DNA of 63,819 bases, filler included, from Octopus bimaculoides (GCF_001194135.2; 11 parts of 10 records of this genome joined end to end with filler, not necessarily neighbours in it); one strand, 5' to 3'; shown: positions 24,667 to 38,217, numbered from the whole stretch's first letter. The notes: a model not told the origin generated them from the letters alone. Translations and numbers: made by a program.

Positions 24667-27600
24667 ATGGCGTCGTCAAGCCATGAAGACAATTTTCTAA
24701 CAAACACCGGTTTCCTTGGAGACATGTTTGATATCGAGTTTCCTACACTCCCTCTACCACAAGTTCATGAAAGAAGGATAGAGGAGAGAAATTTTAAAAA
24801 AACAAATACAGACGTAAACATGATTGCCAGTACCACCACCAACACCAACACCACAAACAATAACAATGATATCATCACAAGGCCATCCACTGTGGCCTCT
24901 ACCAAAGACAGTACTGCCAACACCAACACCACTACTACAACAAATCAAGGATACAAAAACACTGCTTAGCAAAGGACAAAAGTTACACTTACACATCCCT
25001 AAAGACATCATAGAACAAACCTCAAAAAGAACAATTATCTATAAAATACTAAGTACAAAAACGAAGAGACCTGAAAATGCACCTCAACAAAAAATTGAAA
25101 AATGCCTTTGCCCTGTATGGGCACATAATATGTCGATTGGTGGCATAAATTTGGCACTGTTCAAGTGCGATTTTACAGTGAAAACCTGGCTAAATGGTTT
25201 TCAACAGTCACTTTCCGTACGGACGAGTTGGTAATGATACTGAGTTATCTTGGCCAGAGGGTGACAAAGGTCACAATAAAGAATGTGCCTCCAGAAGTAG
25301 AGACACAATGGCTATTATCTGCCATCTTCTTTGAAATGGAGGAAGCTAACATTTTGGAAATTACTGTCTTAGAACAGCAAAACTGGGTGGGAAAGACACT
25401 GGAGATTCTTTTGCAAATTGATCAGCCATCAATTGATAAAATACCCACCTGTATTGAATTAACAGAGGGATATAGGTTGTATATAGTGGTGGAGGGCAAG
25501 TGGCCATGTTGTTAACTGTGCAACAGCGAGACACATCTAAAAAATGATTGTCCAATTGCCGCAAAAAAACAAGAACAACAACAGCAACAACCACCACCAA
25601 AATCTGAGTTAAAAGCCTTACTACCCCCACCACCATCAACACAAAAGACGATAAAAGGAACAACATCAACACCAACAATCAAAAACAAAACAGGACCTGA
25701 AAAAACACCATCAACAATGACAGCAAGAACTAAAGATAAAGGAAAACCAAAATAAAATACAAAAGCTGATTCCCCTCCCCTATATCACATACACCTCACA
25801 CAAACAATCAACAACCAACACTAACAAAAACAATAACACAACCACTTACACAAACGCACATAGACGCTTACAACATGCCCTTACCCCCTTCTCATTCCTC
25901 AGAAATTTCATCGGAAGACGAAAGTAGTGAGGAATGGCAAATAACCAGAAAAGAAAGGAGGAAGAGGATAAAAAAAAGAACAAAAGCAAACACCAACAAA
26001 GCAGGGAGATACACAACTCCCAAAGAGATTTTGAACTCTAACCCAAACACCACAGAGATACATACAGTAACCATACTCACAGCCATAAACACTAAAAACA
26101 GTTGATGAAATCCATCAACTCGAAAACAAACCTAACAGAAAATGACATAAAAACAAGCAACCACCCACACACAACACCACCAGAACACATTAAAATTTTA
26201 CATGTCGCACTGACCTTACCCCACCCACTAAAATCCCTCTACCCCAATGCGGTAGGGGGATGTCAAAAATACTCATCAAAAAAACTATACAATAGCCTCC
26301 TTGATGATAAAATCAAAGGAGACAAAACTTTCGAACGGTAACTCTGTTCTATTCGTTTGTGTTTTAAAACACACAACTCATTAGGATCGTGATCAAGATT
26401 GGTTGTGTGAATGCACATGGCTTGGGGTCCCCTTGGAAATAAGGGTACCTCTTAAATGACATAAAGTCACATGAGTTAGGAATTATAGCCAAAAGTGAGA
26501 CCAGACACCATAATCCATGGGCCCTAAAGTTCATGTTTGGTGGACAGTTTAACATTAATTTTTCTCCCTGTCTGCTGAGAATGGGCGGTAGTGGCATGGC
26601 GGTACTTTTTCGCAAGAGTCTGGATCTCAAAGTAAAGACAATATTTGTAGACCCAGAAGGTAGACAGGTTGTCCTGGATGTTGACGGCAGCGATGGGTGT
26701 GCTTTTCGACTCTTGTCAGTCTATGCACTGCCTCTAACAAGTCAGCAAGATTTCTTTCGACGTCTACAAGTATTCCTTGGAACGTCACATCCTTTACTTT
26801 TAGTGGGAGATTGTAATACTACCTTGGACATGCATCTAGACTATGTGGGCAGAGATAGGAATAGACGGGGATGCAAATGCCCGAGAGACCTGCTCAGACA
26901 CCTTCAACTGTCTGACAGGTACCAACTCTACCATCCAAATGCGCCGATGTGGACATGGAGCAACTGCATTGGGTCGTCGAGATTGTATCTAGATAGAATA
27001 CTGTGTAGGACAGTAGATAGGGATAATTTAGGATGTCCACAATTCCACATAGTCAACTACATGGATCACAAACTTGTGATATGTAAGCTAGACTTAGACA
27101 AGGTACATAGGCAGGGCTCTGGTTACTGGAAACTGAATGCATCTTTCTCGTCAAGACAGGTTTTCAGAGACCGAATTAGCATGCTAGTAAAGAGGGCTTT
27201 GACAGGAGCCATCATCAACAACAAATGGTGGTTTGCCCTCAAGAGAGCAATAAAAGCAGAAGCGATTAGGTATAGCAAAGCACTAGCGATAGAAACAGAG
27301 TAGAGGATGACCTAGTTAAGAAGCTAGAAGAGGCGATCAGAAGTGGCATTGCATCCGTCGTTTTGGCGGCGAGGTTGGCCCTTGACCAACACTTCAATGC
27401 CAAACATGAAGGGTGTGTTGTAAGGGCTAGGATGTATGTTCTAAGGAATGAAGGTGTTGGAGCTGTGCAAGGGGCCTGGGTGGTAGAGGCGCAACAGAGC
27501 AACAAAGCCACCATTCGGTCTCTGATGAACAGGGGTACAAATTGCTTGAGCCCAGCAAAATGCTTGAGACTTCAGCAGCATTTTGCCTGACTGTTTGGGA

Positions 27601-29440
27601 CGAGTGGCAAGCAAGAACGCAGGGTGGGCTTCAGTGCCTACCTGCACAGCCTTCCACGACTCTCGGCAAGAGAGGCAGAGTGTTACGAAGGTGCCATCAC
27701 GGTGGCGGAAGTGCAGGACGTGATGGCTGGATGCTCAAGGGACAAATTGCTGGGTTTGGATGGTCTGCCCTACGAGCTTTACAGTTGTATGCCAGACTTG
27801 TTTGGAGACATCTTGGCAGCAAAACAAGAGCATGGTGAAGAAAGATCCCAACAAGGGGCACGTAATAGATAAGTTTAGGCCCATCACTCTGCTCAATGCA
27901 GATTTGAAAATTTTGGCCAAGGTTTTAGCCAAGAGGTTGGCGTTTTTCATTTAGAAACTGGTCGACAAGGCACAAACATGCGCCGTGCCGGAGCTTCCAT
28001 GACCACCTCCATCTGATGTGCTACATCATAGACAGGGTAGTTAAGGAACCTGGTATGGGTGGGGCCCTGATCAATCTGGATCAATCCAAAGCTTTCGATA
28101 GGGTAGACCATCGATACTTGGAGGTTGTCCTCATAGCAGCCAGTTTCGGTCCTGTCTTCCGCAGCTGGATGTCTGCTTTGTACAAAGGCATCTGTTCGGT
28201 AATTCGCGTGAATGGGCTTCTATCAGAACCTTTCAACTTTGCACGTTCGGTCCGTCAGGGATGTCCCTCTCATCGCTTCTGTACATATTGACTCTCGAGC
28301 CACTGCTGTGGAAGCTGGCGTTGCTGAGGTGTGGAACAAGCATACGCGGACAACATCACCGTCATAGTGTCCAGCCACAAGCACATCGAGCTGGTCGGCA
28401 AGACACTGAAAGACTACGAAGCGGTGATGGGAGCAAAAATCAACTGAGAAAATTTAGTGGTCTTGCAGCCTGACCGTCGTGCCTTGTCCTGACTCTACCA
28501 TCACCAAACAGGAACACATCCTCTTGTGGAAAGGAAGCATTCCGATGGTCAGGCGACCCGTTTGCTGCCAACACCTGCTAAAAGGAGGGCTGGATATGCC
28601 ATGGTTGATGATGTGCAGACATGCACTGAGACTGACATCTCCAGCTCTACATAGACGATGGTGGACAGGTGTGGTTGCCGTTTGTGCAGCGTGCTTTCCT
28701 GCAGCTCGTCTCCATGACTGAGCTGCAGTCGGGGATCAAGAAGATGCCGAGGAAGGGTGAAGGGCACCACGAATGTCGCGTTGCTCTTGAGCAACTATGC
28801 CGTCCCAACCGAAGCATTCTATAGGGGATTAGCGGAGGGGAGGTATGACGAAGATCTTGGGGCGAACCTGGGCATCAATGAGGAATACCTGACCCATTTG
28901 TTCAAGACGACTTTCGAGCTAGGGCCTATGGTTAACTTCCAGAGATCCCTGGCTTGACAATGCTATCGAGAAGCGCTACCTGTTCGGGATAAACTCTACA
29001 GGCACGGCTCGAGAGACACCAGGCTGACCTGCTAGAGATGTGATCAGAGCGACAAAACCGTTCTGCATGCACTTATGCAGTGTCCAACCATTTCTGACTT
29101 GTAGGCTTATGTCGAACGACTGCTGTCGTGTGTGGGACAAGTCGGTTTATCAGCTGAGTCTATCGTCAATATTGTCACGCCTTCCTTCAAACGAGAAGGA
29201 AGAGCCATTTTCATTGTACTTGTGGCTATGGCGAAAGAATGTGTCTGGTGGACACATCTGAAAGGACTAGAGACAAACACTTTCCTCTCTGGTCAATTTC
29301 TCATCAACTTCTTCAAGTGTCACTTGAAAAGGAAGGTGAGAGTAGAGAGGGAAGTTTTGCTTAGCGAATGTTTCAACAAAAGATGGGTGAATGTAGCAAA
29401 GATGGCATGGGTGAATGACAGAGCCACCTTGAGCATAATT
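24667..29440 (+). mobile_element. Tx1/L1-clade LINE, near full length, decayed
   Basis: ORF1 from 24667 with zinc knuckle C*LCNSETHLKNDC; ORF2 from about 26389 with AP endonuclease (IGCVNAHGL, VGDCN, LDRILC, DHKLV), RT (FRPITLLNADLKILAKVLA, LDQSKAFDRVDH, VRQGCP) and a C-terminal Cys-rich motif; many stops and frameshifts. Confidence 0.92.
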
Positions 29441-29829
29441 TTTTTTTGCATATTTGTAATCTCCGACATCTAAAACGTAGGAATCTGAAAAAACTTTTCA
29501 ATAAAATGCATTTTTTAAAGAGAGGTGTGAAACTGCATTAGCCCTGATTTTTTGCAACTTCACTCCCTGCCCCCGATTGTTTCTGCTTATAATTTGAAAT
29601 ATTGGATAGCCTGAGGAGGTCATTGCTGGCATTTATCCAGAATGATTTAAAAAGAAGTATGTGAATGGTAATTCATTTTAAAATCATACTTTTCTGTTTG
29701 AAAATTTTTTTCTTACACATACACAGCTTTGCTTGATTGAGGTACGGATAAAAATTTAAATTACAGTGTTACTTCAGCATCATCATTCCATAAAATGTGT
29801 TTAATAGGAGAAAAATATTGAAAAAAACT

Positions 29830-30760
29830 GCATAACTACAGATGTATACACCCACCGACTTTGTTGCTTCATAACTTCCAGAAAAATGGTTACTTTTTAA
29901 AGAAACTTTCATCCAGAGTGATTTCAATAAGAGGCATGTAAAAAGGTGATTTATTTTGGTAGCATAATTTTCTGTTAGAAAATGTTTTTTTCTCACACAC
30001 ATACATACACAGCCTTGGGGTGTGAGTAAAAATTTAAATAACCATTTTTTTTCTTTTTCTTTGCTTGTATCCCAGTAATGGACTATGCGTTTGTTACTTG
30101 GGCTTCACATTCCATAAAATGAAAAATTTGAAGAACATCAGTAGATGTGAGAGGGAGGTCTTGAGATGTGCTAGAAACAACAGCCAGACCTCCCTTAAAT
30201 CACACATTTTCCACTGAAATTATTTACAATTTATTTTTTTTTAAACTGAAAATGTTTCTCTCATGGGTTTTAAGTGTATAGTAAAAAAAAAAATTAGTCA
30301 AAATCAGTCCGAACTACAGTGGCGGGAGTGCTGACAAAAAAGGTAAAAATCCCCATCAAAATGGAGTAATTCCAACTTAAGTGGGCTGTCTGACCCAGAA
30401 TTCCTTTCTCCAGAAACTCCTCCCATCTGCCCCCTTCCAAAAAAGTTTGCCCAAAGATTTCTTTGTAATCCTAATCTACACTAGTTGACAGATATTTGCA
30501 TAAAATTTCATTAAAAAATACCCATTTTCCTGAAAGTTATGTAGGAGAAAATGTCATGTCACGTGAATTTTCTGAAACTCCTCTCAACCCCTCAGAAAAA
30601 TTTTTTCCCCAAAACTTTTACATATGCTCAATCTACAGGATATAAGTGATTATTTGTTGAAAGTTTCGTTAAAAAGTATCCATTTTTCTGGAAGTTATGA
30701 GGCAACAAATTCGCAGGGGGAGGCACAAATGTAGTTATGGGTACACATCTGTAGTTATGC
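29830..30760. mobile_element. Inverted-repeat-bounded MITE-like unit (foldback family, copy 2)
   Basis: Perfect 16-bp IR gcataactacagatgt (29830-29845 / 30745-30760), extending as imperfect IR for about 90 bp. Confidence 0.6.
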
Positions 30761-31072
30761 TCATATATATATATATATATATAAATCTATAAAATCCACA
30801 GAAGAAGACAAAGGTTTTATGACATCTTCAATAATCAGTTACAATTGTTTCTGTACCAACTCTGCTTTCAACACCAGTTCAAGCTTAATTTCCAAATGAA
30901 GAGTTTATGTAGTATTAGCAGTTTTAAACAATAGAGTGGCATTTCTTCAGACATACATCAAAAGTGTGTTCTTAGATTGTGCACCTTTGATGCAATCCTG
31001 GAATTGTTCCCCTTTCTGACCTTGTACCCTCCCTTTGAAAAATTCCTGAGACCACGCCTAATCTGTGTGTGC

Positions 31073-31110
<38 letters not shown>

Positions 31111-31675
31111 NNNNNNNNNNAGTTTCGTTAAAAAGTATCCATTTTTCTGGAAGTTATGAGGCAACAAATTCGCAGGGGGAGGCACAAATGTAGTTATGGG
31201 TACACATCTGTAGTTATGCTCATATATATATATATATATATAAATCTATAAAATCCACAGAAGAAGACAAAGGTTTTATGACATCTTCAATAATCAGTTA
31301 CAATTGTTTCTGTACCANNNNNNNNNNNNNNNNNNNNNNNNNNNNNNNNNNNNNNNNNNNNNNNNNNNNNNNNNNNNNNNNNNNNNNNNNNNNNNNNNNN
31401 NNNNNNNNNNNNNNNNNNNNNNNNNNNNNNNNNNNNNNNNNNNNNNNNNNNNNNNNNNNNNNNNNNNNNNNNNNNNNNNNNNNNNNNNNNNNNNNNNNNN
31501 NNNNNNNNNNNNNNNNNNNNNNNNNNNNNNNNNNNNNNNNNNNNNNNNNNNNNNNNNNNNNNNNNNNNNNNNNNNNNNNNNNNNNNNNNNNNNNNNNNNN
31601 NNNNNNNNNNNNNNNNNNNNNNNNNNNNNNNNNNNNNNNNNTATATATATATATATGCCTATGTCTGTGCATGCA

Positions 31676-31723
<48 letters not shown>

Positions 31724-31994
31724 TATATCTATGCATGTATATGTGTATAGCTGTACATATATATATAAGCATATATCTATATGTAGAAATCTGTATGTAT
31801 ATATGTATATGTGCATATATATGTTTCTGGCTGTGTGGTAAGAAGCTTGCTTCCCAACTACATGGTCTAGGTTCACTCTGACTATGCAGAAACTTGGGCA
31901 AGTGTTTTCTATCATAGTGTCAGGCCAACCAAAGCCTTATGAGTGGATTTGGTTGATGGAAATTGGAAGAAGCCCCTTGTGTGTGTGTGTGTAA

Positions 31995-32343
31995 GCAAAC
32001 GTAATACCACGAGCCTTAGCAAACTAATTTGGGTTCTTAAAGATAATAACATTAAATTTAAACTAGACTGGCTTATTCTTTCTATTTCTAAGCCATATGA
32101 AAAGGGTGGAAAAATCTGCGATCTCTGTGTAACAGAATTCCTTTTTATTTTATTTTCAAAGAATAATCTGGTAAATACTTTCATAGAACATTCTTACAAA
32201 TGTAAACACTGGCAAAAACATACATATTCTGCATTCAAATAACAATAAAGGTTTTTATAAAACGCTATCATATTTAACCGTAATAAGTAAATTCTTAAAA
32301 TAGTTCTAATAAAACATTAGTTTTTCCCTCAAAGGTTAGAAGA
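31995..32343 (+). mobile_element. Penelope-like element, GIY-YIG C-terminal region
   Basis: TSLSKLIWVLKDNNIKFKLDWLILSISKPYEKGGKICDLCVTEFLFIL...YKCKH is typical of the PLE endonuclease C-terminus. Confidence 0.8.
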
Positions 32344-32606
32344 NNNNNNNNNNNNNNNNNNNNNNNNNNNNNNNNNNNNNNNNNNNNTTAATTAATTAAN
32401 NNNNNNNNNNNNNNNNNNNNNNNNNNNNNNNNNNNNNNNNNNNCGTTGTCCCCACTTTTGTTTTTTTTTCTGCTTTGTTTTCGACCCCCTCGAAAAGAAA
32501 AACTCTACATTTGTATTTTGTCCCCTCTGTGTTGAGCCCTGTGTGGCTAATAAAGAAACCTATCTATCTATCTATCTGTCCTTTTATCTATCTATCTATC
32601 TATCTG

Positions 32607-32642
<36 letters not shown>

Positions 32643-33400
32643 CCTATCTCTCTCTCTATCTATCTCTCTCTCTCTCTCATTGTTTAACGCCTGTTTTCCA
32701 TGCTGGCATTGTGTATGTGTTTGTGCGTTCCCCACAAACAAAATATGCAAAAATTGTACCAGCAACAATTTGTTTTAGTACTCCAACTGGGCCAATATAA
32801 CAAGTTTCTCAGCAGCAGCAGCAGTAGTCTCAACATAAAAAAATACATATATAAAGAAAACGACCCCCCCCACCACCACCAGTCACAGCAAAACTTTTCT
32901 GCCTTCATCACATTCACATGAAAAAGTATGTAGTTCAACCAAGGTGAGATAACATTCATTCCACAGAGCTCTTATAAAAGCTTATATTATGTGTTGCAAT
33001 AACAAATAACGGCATTGTCAAAGACACAGAGCTACAGTGAGAAACCTGAACCAAACTTCCGTTTCCACCTACCCCCATCACCACCACCCTATCAGTCCTA
33101 CTGATCCAAAATTAAAAACTCAGACACATTTACTTACATTTTCTACCTGCTGATGAAAATAAAAATAACGATGATAATAATAATGATTCTTTCTACCAGA
33201 GGAACAAGGCCTGAAATATTTGGGGAGGGGACTAATTGATTACATCAACCCCAGTGTTCAGCTGGTACTAATTTTATCAACCTCGAAAAAATGGAAAGTC
33301 AGGCTCGACCTTGAATGCATTTGAACTCAGAAAGTAAAGACAGACGACATACTGCTAATCATTTTGCTCACCGTGCTAACAACTCTGCCAGTTTGCAGTC

Positions 33401-33440
<40 letters not shown>

Positions 33441-34017
33441 TAATAATAATCATTTCTACTAAAGGCCCAAGGCCTGAAATTTCGGTGGAAGGGACTAGTT
33501 GTTTAGATCGGCCCCAGTATGCAACTGGTACTTAATTTATCGACCCCCGAAAGGATGAAAGGTAAAGTTGACTTTGGCAGGATTTGAACTCAGAACTTAA
33601 AGATGAATGCCCAACGTACTAATGACTGCCTGTTCACTACTTTACTCATCAGCTTAATAAAAACACTAATACAACAACAATAGTATTTTTACAACAACAC
33701 AACTAGGAAAGGTCGTTGCATTGTTGTTTAACCCAAGGTAAGTCCTAACTGAGAAGTAAATATGATCACAGATATTACAACCATGACCTTCCCATCATTT
33801 TTTTTTGGTGTATGTAGGACTACTTTAATGTAGCTTTTTGTTACTTAAGACGGTTGATTATGATTCGAGAGAGAGATTAGGTTGCTATTTCTAGCAAGCA
33901 GCACGACCACATTGAAGCACCCTAACATGGCTTGAACAGTAATAGGTGGTTGGCATGAGTAGAAGTGAGGAAGATTAGCAGGTGTATATAAGACTAGAAT
34001 ACAGGTGAAGTACATAC

Positions 34018-34233
34018 AATGCGATTTCTTCTTTAGTTGCCATTCTGCCTTCAATCATGCGTTCCACGATGTATGTATGGTCATCGGCAGAGACGAGGCT
34101 TCGAGACAGCAGAGGTATAGTGACACTTATGTTTGAGTAGGGAACATCTCCACTTTTCAACCATGCGTGGTTCATTATTTGTTCCAGACTAGCACGTTGG
34201 TTTGGTTCTCTGATCAGCATACTAGAAATTAAA
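34018..34233 (-). CDS. SNRK: Internal coding exon of SNF-related serine/threonine kinase (end of kinase domain and start of UBA region)
   Basis: Polypyrimidine tract + tttccag acceptor at 34234-34236; 216 nt, phase 2 to phase 2; donor gtatgt at 34017-34012. LISSMLIREPNQRASLEQIMNHAWLKSGD...IPLLSRSLVSADDHTYIVERMIEGRMATKEEIA aligns by eye with the recalled SNRK segment LITRML.RDP.RRASLEEI.NHPWL...IPLVS...SEEEH..II.RM..G.IA. Confidence 0.88.
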
Positions 34234-34341
34234 CTGGAAAGAAAAAAAGAAAGAAAAAGACATCAGGAGATGTATCACATATGAAAATAAACAAAAACAT
34301 TAATGAAATCTTAAAACTTGGAAATTTAAACATTACATCTC

Positions 34342-34388
<47 letters not shown>

Positions 34389-34403
34389 CGATAATAATAG
34401 TAA

Positions 34404-34586
34404 TAAACCTGAAGGCATCACGACCACAAACCCGAAGGCATCATCGAAAATGATANNNNNNNNNNCGATAATAATAGTAATAAACCTGAAGGCATCACGA
34501 CCACAAACCCGAAGGCATCATCGAAAATGATAATGCAAAGATCCTATTGGATTTTATGATTCAGTGCAACCATGAGATAGAGAAAA
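34404..34586 (+). mobile_element. R4/Dong RLE fragment
   Basis: KPEGIIENDNAKILLDFMIQCNHEIEK parallels HKPERVMENEHYKILWDLNMLYDQVIE at 2940-3020; directly follows (TAA)n. Confidence 0.65.
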
Positions 34587-37500
34587 GGGAGGGAGGGACA
34601 AGTTGATTACATTGAACCCCAGTGCTTAACTGGTACTTAATTCATCGACCCCGAAAGGATGAAAGGCAAAGTCGACCTTGGCGGAATTTGAACTCAGAAT
34701 GTAAGGACGGACGAAATGCTGTTAAGCATTTCGTCTGGCGTGCTAACGATTCTGACAGATTGCCACCTTAATAATAATAATAATAATGATAAAACCAAGT
34801 AAAAACATTGAGATTATCCAGAGATGTTTGAATAAGCAAACTCCACAAAAACAAACTTGAGTGAAATGTCAACAGATTAGGATTGCCTGGTCAAAAGTAT
34901 TTGAAGCAAATACAAAGGGGTGTGGGGTGTGTGTGTGTGTGTGTGTTGGAAGCCGAAGGACTATTCTCTCTTTTAATAACAAATACTTGAACAGATTCCA
35001 GAATCTCCACATAATTCTAGAAATAAAAATAATTATCTTTTCCAGATTTTGCTCTCTTTTGCTTTTATTGCACAGGTGAGAAAAAAAAAAATAATAAAAA
35101 GCAAAAAAAAAAACAACAACAACAAAAAACCCCAAACCAACCAAAATGCAGGTTGAGGTTGAAACCCAGATTGACTCCGGTCAGCCCATACCTATGCTCC
35201 AAGGCATTCTAACCATGACCATCTTGTTCTCTTAGAAGTATCTAGGACTACATTATCTCCAATGTACCCTTTCATTATGAAGGATATGATCCGAGAGAGA
35301 ACTGGCTGCTATTTCTAACAAGTTGAGTGGTCACGTCAAGGTTTCCTTGTCAGCTCTACACACTGTAGAGTAATGTATATTAAACAGCAACCGTAATTTA
35401 ACTAACGACGATGAACGGACCAACAGCTGATTGATATATGTGATTGTCGCTATCAATAATTCATTAAATCACATAAATGGTATAACTGATAATGTATCAA
35501 TCAATTTCCATCAATCGGTATAAAGATCAAATTAGCAAACATCCTCTTCTAGATTCACCTTTCAACTAATTTCTATATCAGTGGTTTTTCACCTGTAATT
35601 GATGAATATTGATTTCTAACATTGACTTTTAAGGGTAACACAGATTTTAAGAGTACAAGACAGAGTTGACTGAACAGACTGTGTACTTGGCTGGTACTTT
35701 AATTTATCAATCCCTAAATGATGAAAGGCAAAGCTGAGCTTAGCGACGGTTAAATTCAGGGAATATAAAACGGAAACTGCATGTACGAATGGCACCATCA
35801 GACATGCAGAGTTCATTTCCAATCTCCAGTGAAATTATGTCTGGCCTAGGGGAAATATTAACTTACCTGGAACAGGTGAGGGTTCAAGACAGGAAGGGTT
35901 TTTAGACATGGAAAATTTGCTTCAGCCAATTCCATCCAACCCATGTGAGTATAAAAAGGTGGGTGTTAAAATGATGATGATGATGATGATGGTGTGTGTG
36001 TGTGTATACATGCACACCATCATTATAATTATTTAATATCTATCTCATATGCAGGTGTGGGTTGGACGGTTTAACAAGACATGATGAGCTGGAAGGTTAT
36101 GTTGAGCGCTAAATGTCTGCTTTGGCATGGTTCCTATGGCTGGATGCCCTTCATAGTGCCAACAACTTTGCTGAGGGCCCAGGGTGCTTTTTTTTGTGAC
36201 ACTGGCAAGTAATTTGCAACAATCAAGAAAAGGGCAAAGAAAATGCCTTTAATTGAATGGGGTTGTAGCAGTAGTAGTAGTTTTAAAAGGAGATGGCCAT
36301 ATGCTAAGTGTTGAGAAGGTAAAGCATGAGAGTGGGATGGGCACAGATGTCTTGCTGTAGAGGAGATACATGGCTACCTTGCATTATAAACACACACACA
36401 CACACACACACATGGAGCAAAGACCTTGCTAAAGGAAATAAAATTGCATTTGGGATAATTAAATCAATGATTTATTATGGAGTAAAATGGAGAAGCTGCC
36501 TTGGACCGTTTCATCTTGTATTAAACTAAAATAAACTGAAAAAGTTAACAATCAAATTAAATAATATTAAATAGCATACAAAAATATATTTAATAATGTA
36601 GATTAATGGTTGAAGAAACAAAAATTCTGCCTTGTTAGGTTCTTCGTTGCAATTTATAACTAAACCAAAATGAAAAAAATAATAATTGTTTTCCTTTTTT
36701 TTTCTTAATTTTATTTAATAAATGGGGTAATTTAGATAAATGATTTATGGCGAAGGAAATTGAAAATGGACCTTGTTACAAATTTCACAGCATTTTATAA
36801 GTGGACTGGAAAATTGATAGAACTGCTGTGGTATAATTATTTATACATCTTTTGATATGAAATGATATGGATTTGTTTCTATAGGCAAATGCGAGAGAGG
36901 ACAAGAATAGGCGTGATAAGTAAACTCATCATCATCATCTTCATTGTCGTCATTTAACGTCTGCTTTCCATGCTGGCATGGGTTGGACGGTTTGACTGAG
37001 GACTGGTGAAACCAGAAGGCTGCACCAGGCTCCAATCTGATCTGGCAAGGTTTCTACAGCTGGGTGCCCTTCCTAATGCCAACCACTCCGAGAGTGTAGT
37101 GGGTGCTTTTATGTGCCATCAGCTTGAGGGCCAGTCAGGCAGCTCCGGCAATGACCACGCTAGAATGTTGTTTTTCATGTGCCACTGGCACATGTACCAG
37201 TAAAGCAACGCTAGCAATGATCACACTAGAATGGTGCTTTTACGTGCCACCAGCACAGGAACCAATCAGCGACCTTGGCAACGATCACGCTTGGATGGTG
37301 CTTTTAATGTTTCACGGTCATCATCCACGTCAGTGATTTTGATTTTGATAATAATAACAATAATGATAAAGCTAAAATGCAGATCAAATAAACAGTGCAT
37401 GAGTTTATTGGCAAAATGACCATCCCCAAATATAACAAAACCAATAAATAAATAAAAATAAAATATATAAAGAAAAACGTAAGAACTCTGATGATGAAGC

Positions 37501-38013
37501 AATTTTCTATAACATTTATTATATTTTGTTTGTTTGTTATTTTTCTACTTGGTTAGCATTGACCTAGAGCAAAACAACTACTTTTTCACTCACATTGTTC
37601 ATGTTTCTCCAAATCAATATATCTATATATCTATATATATACACATATACACACACACACACACTCTTAAGCTACTAACAGCCAAGCTAGTAAGCAACTA
37701 TGACTAACATGGCATGTAGGTGGTATGTGTAAGTATGGAAGCTGAGTCAGTGGAGAGGAGTTCGAACTGGATGAAGTCTTGAATGCACTTTAAATACCCA
37801 AGTCACCGACATCCAAACAGTTAAAAAAGCGTCAGCAGAAGGGTACCCAGGAGCCATGCCCTGAACATGGCCCGACCCCCTTTGACTGTAAGAAGTTAAA
37901 GGCTAAAACACCTGTCTGAAGGAGGTTTTCTTTTTTCAAAACCTTCTGTTGTTCAGCTCTCAAGAGTTGCTTACCACTATATATGTATATGTGTAGATAT
38001 ATATATATATATA

Positions 38014-38050
<37 letters not shown>

Positions 38051-38175
38051 NNNNNNNNNNNNNNNNNNNNNNNNNNNNNNNNNNNNNNNNNNNNTTAATT
38101 AATTAANNNNNNNNNNNNNNNNNNNNNNNNNNNNNNNNNNNNNNNNNNNNGTATACATACATACATACATACATA

Positions 38176-38214
<39 letters not shown>

Positions 38215-38217
<3 letters not shown>

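Noticed and set aside
30662-31317. About 200-bp exact duplication
   Set aside because: The second copy starts immediately after a 10-N gap; likely an assembly artefact.
34388-34531. Duplicated TAA/Dong junction
   Set aside because: Exact copies on either side of a 10-N gap.
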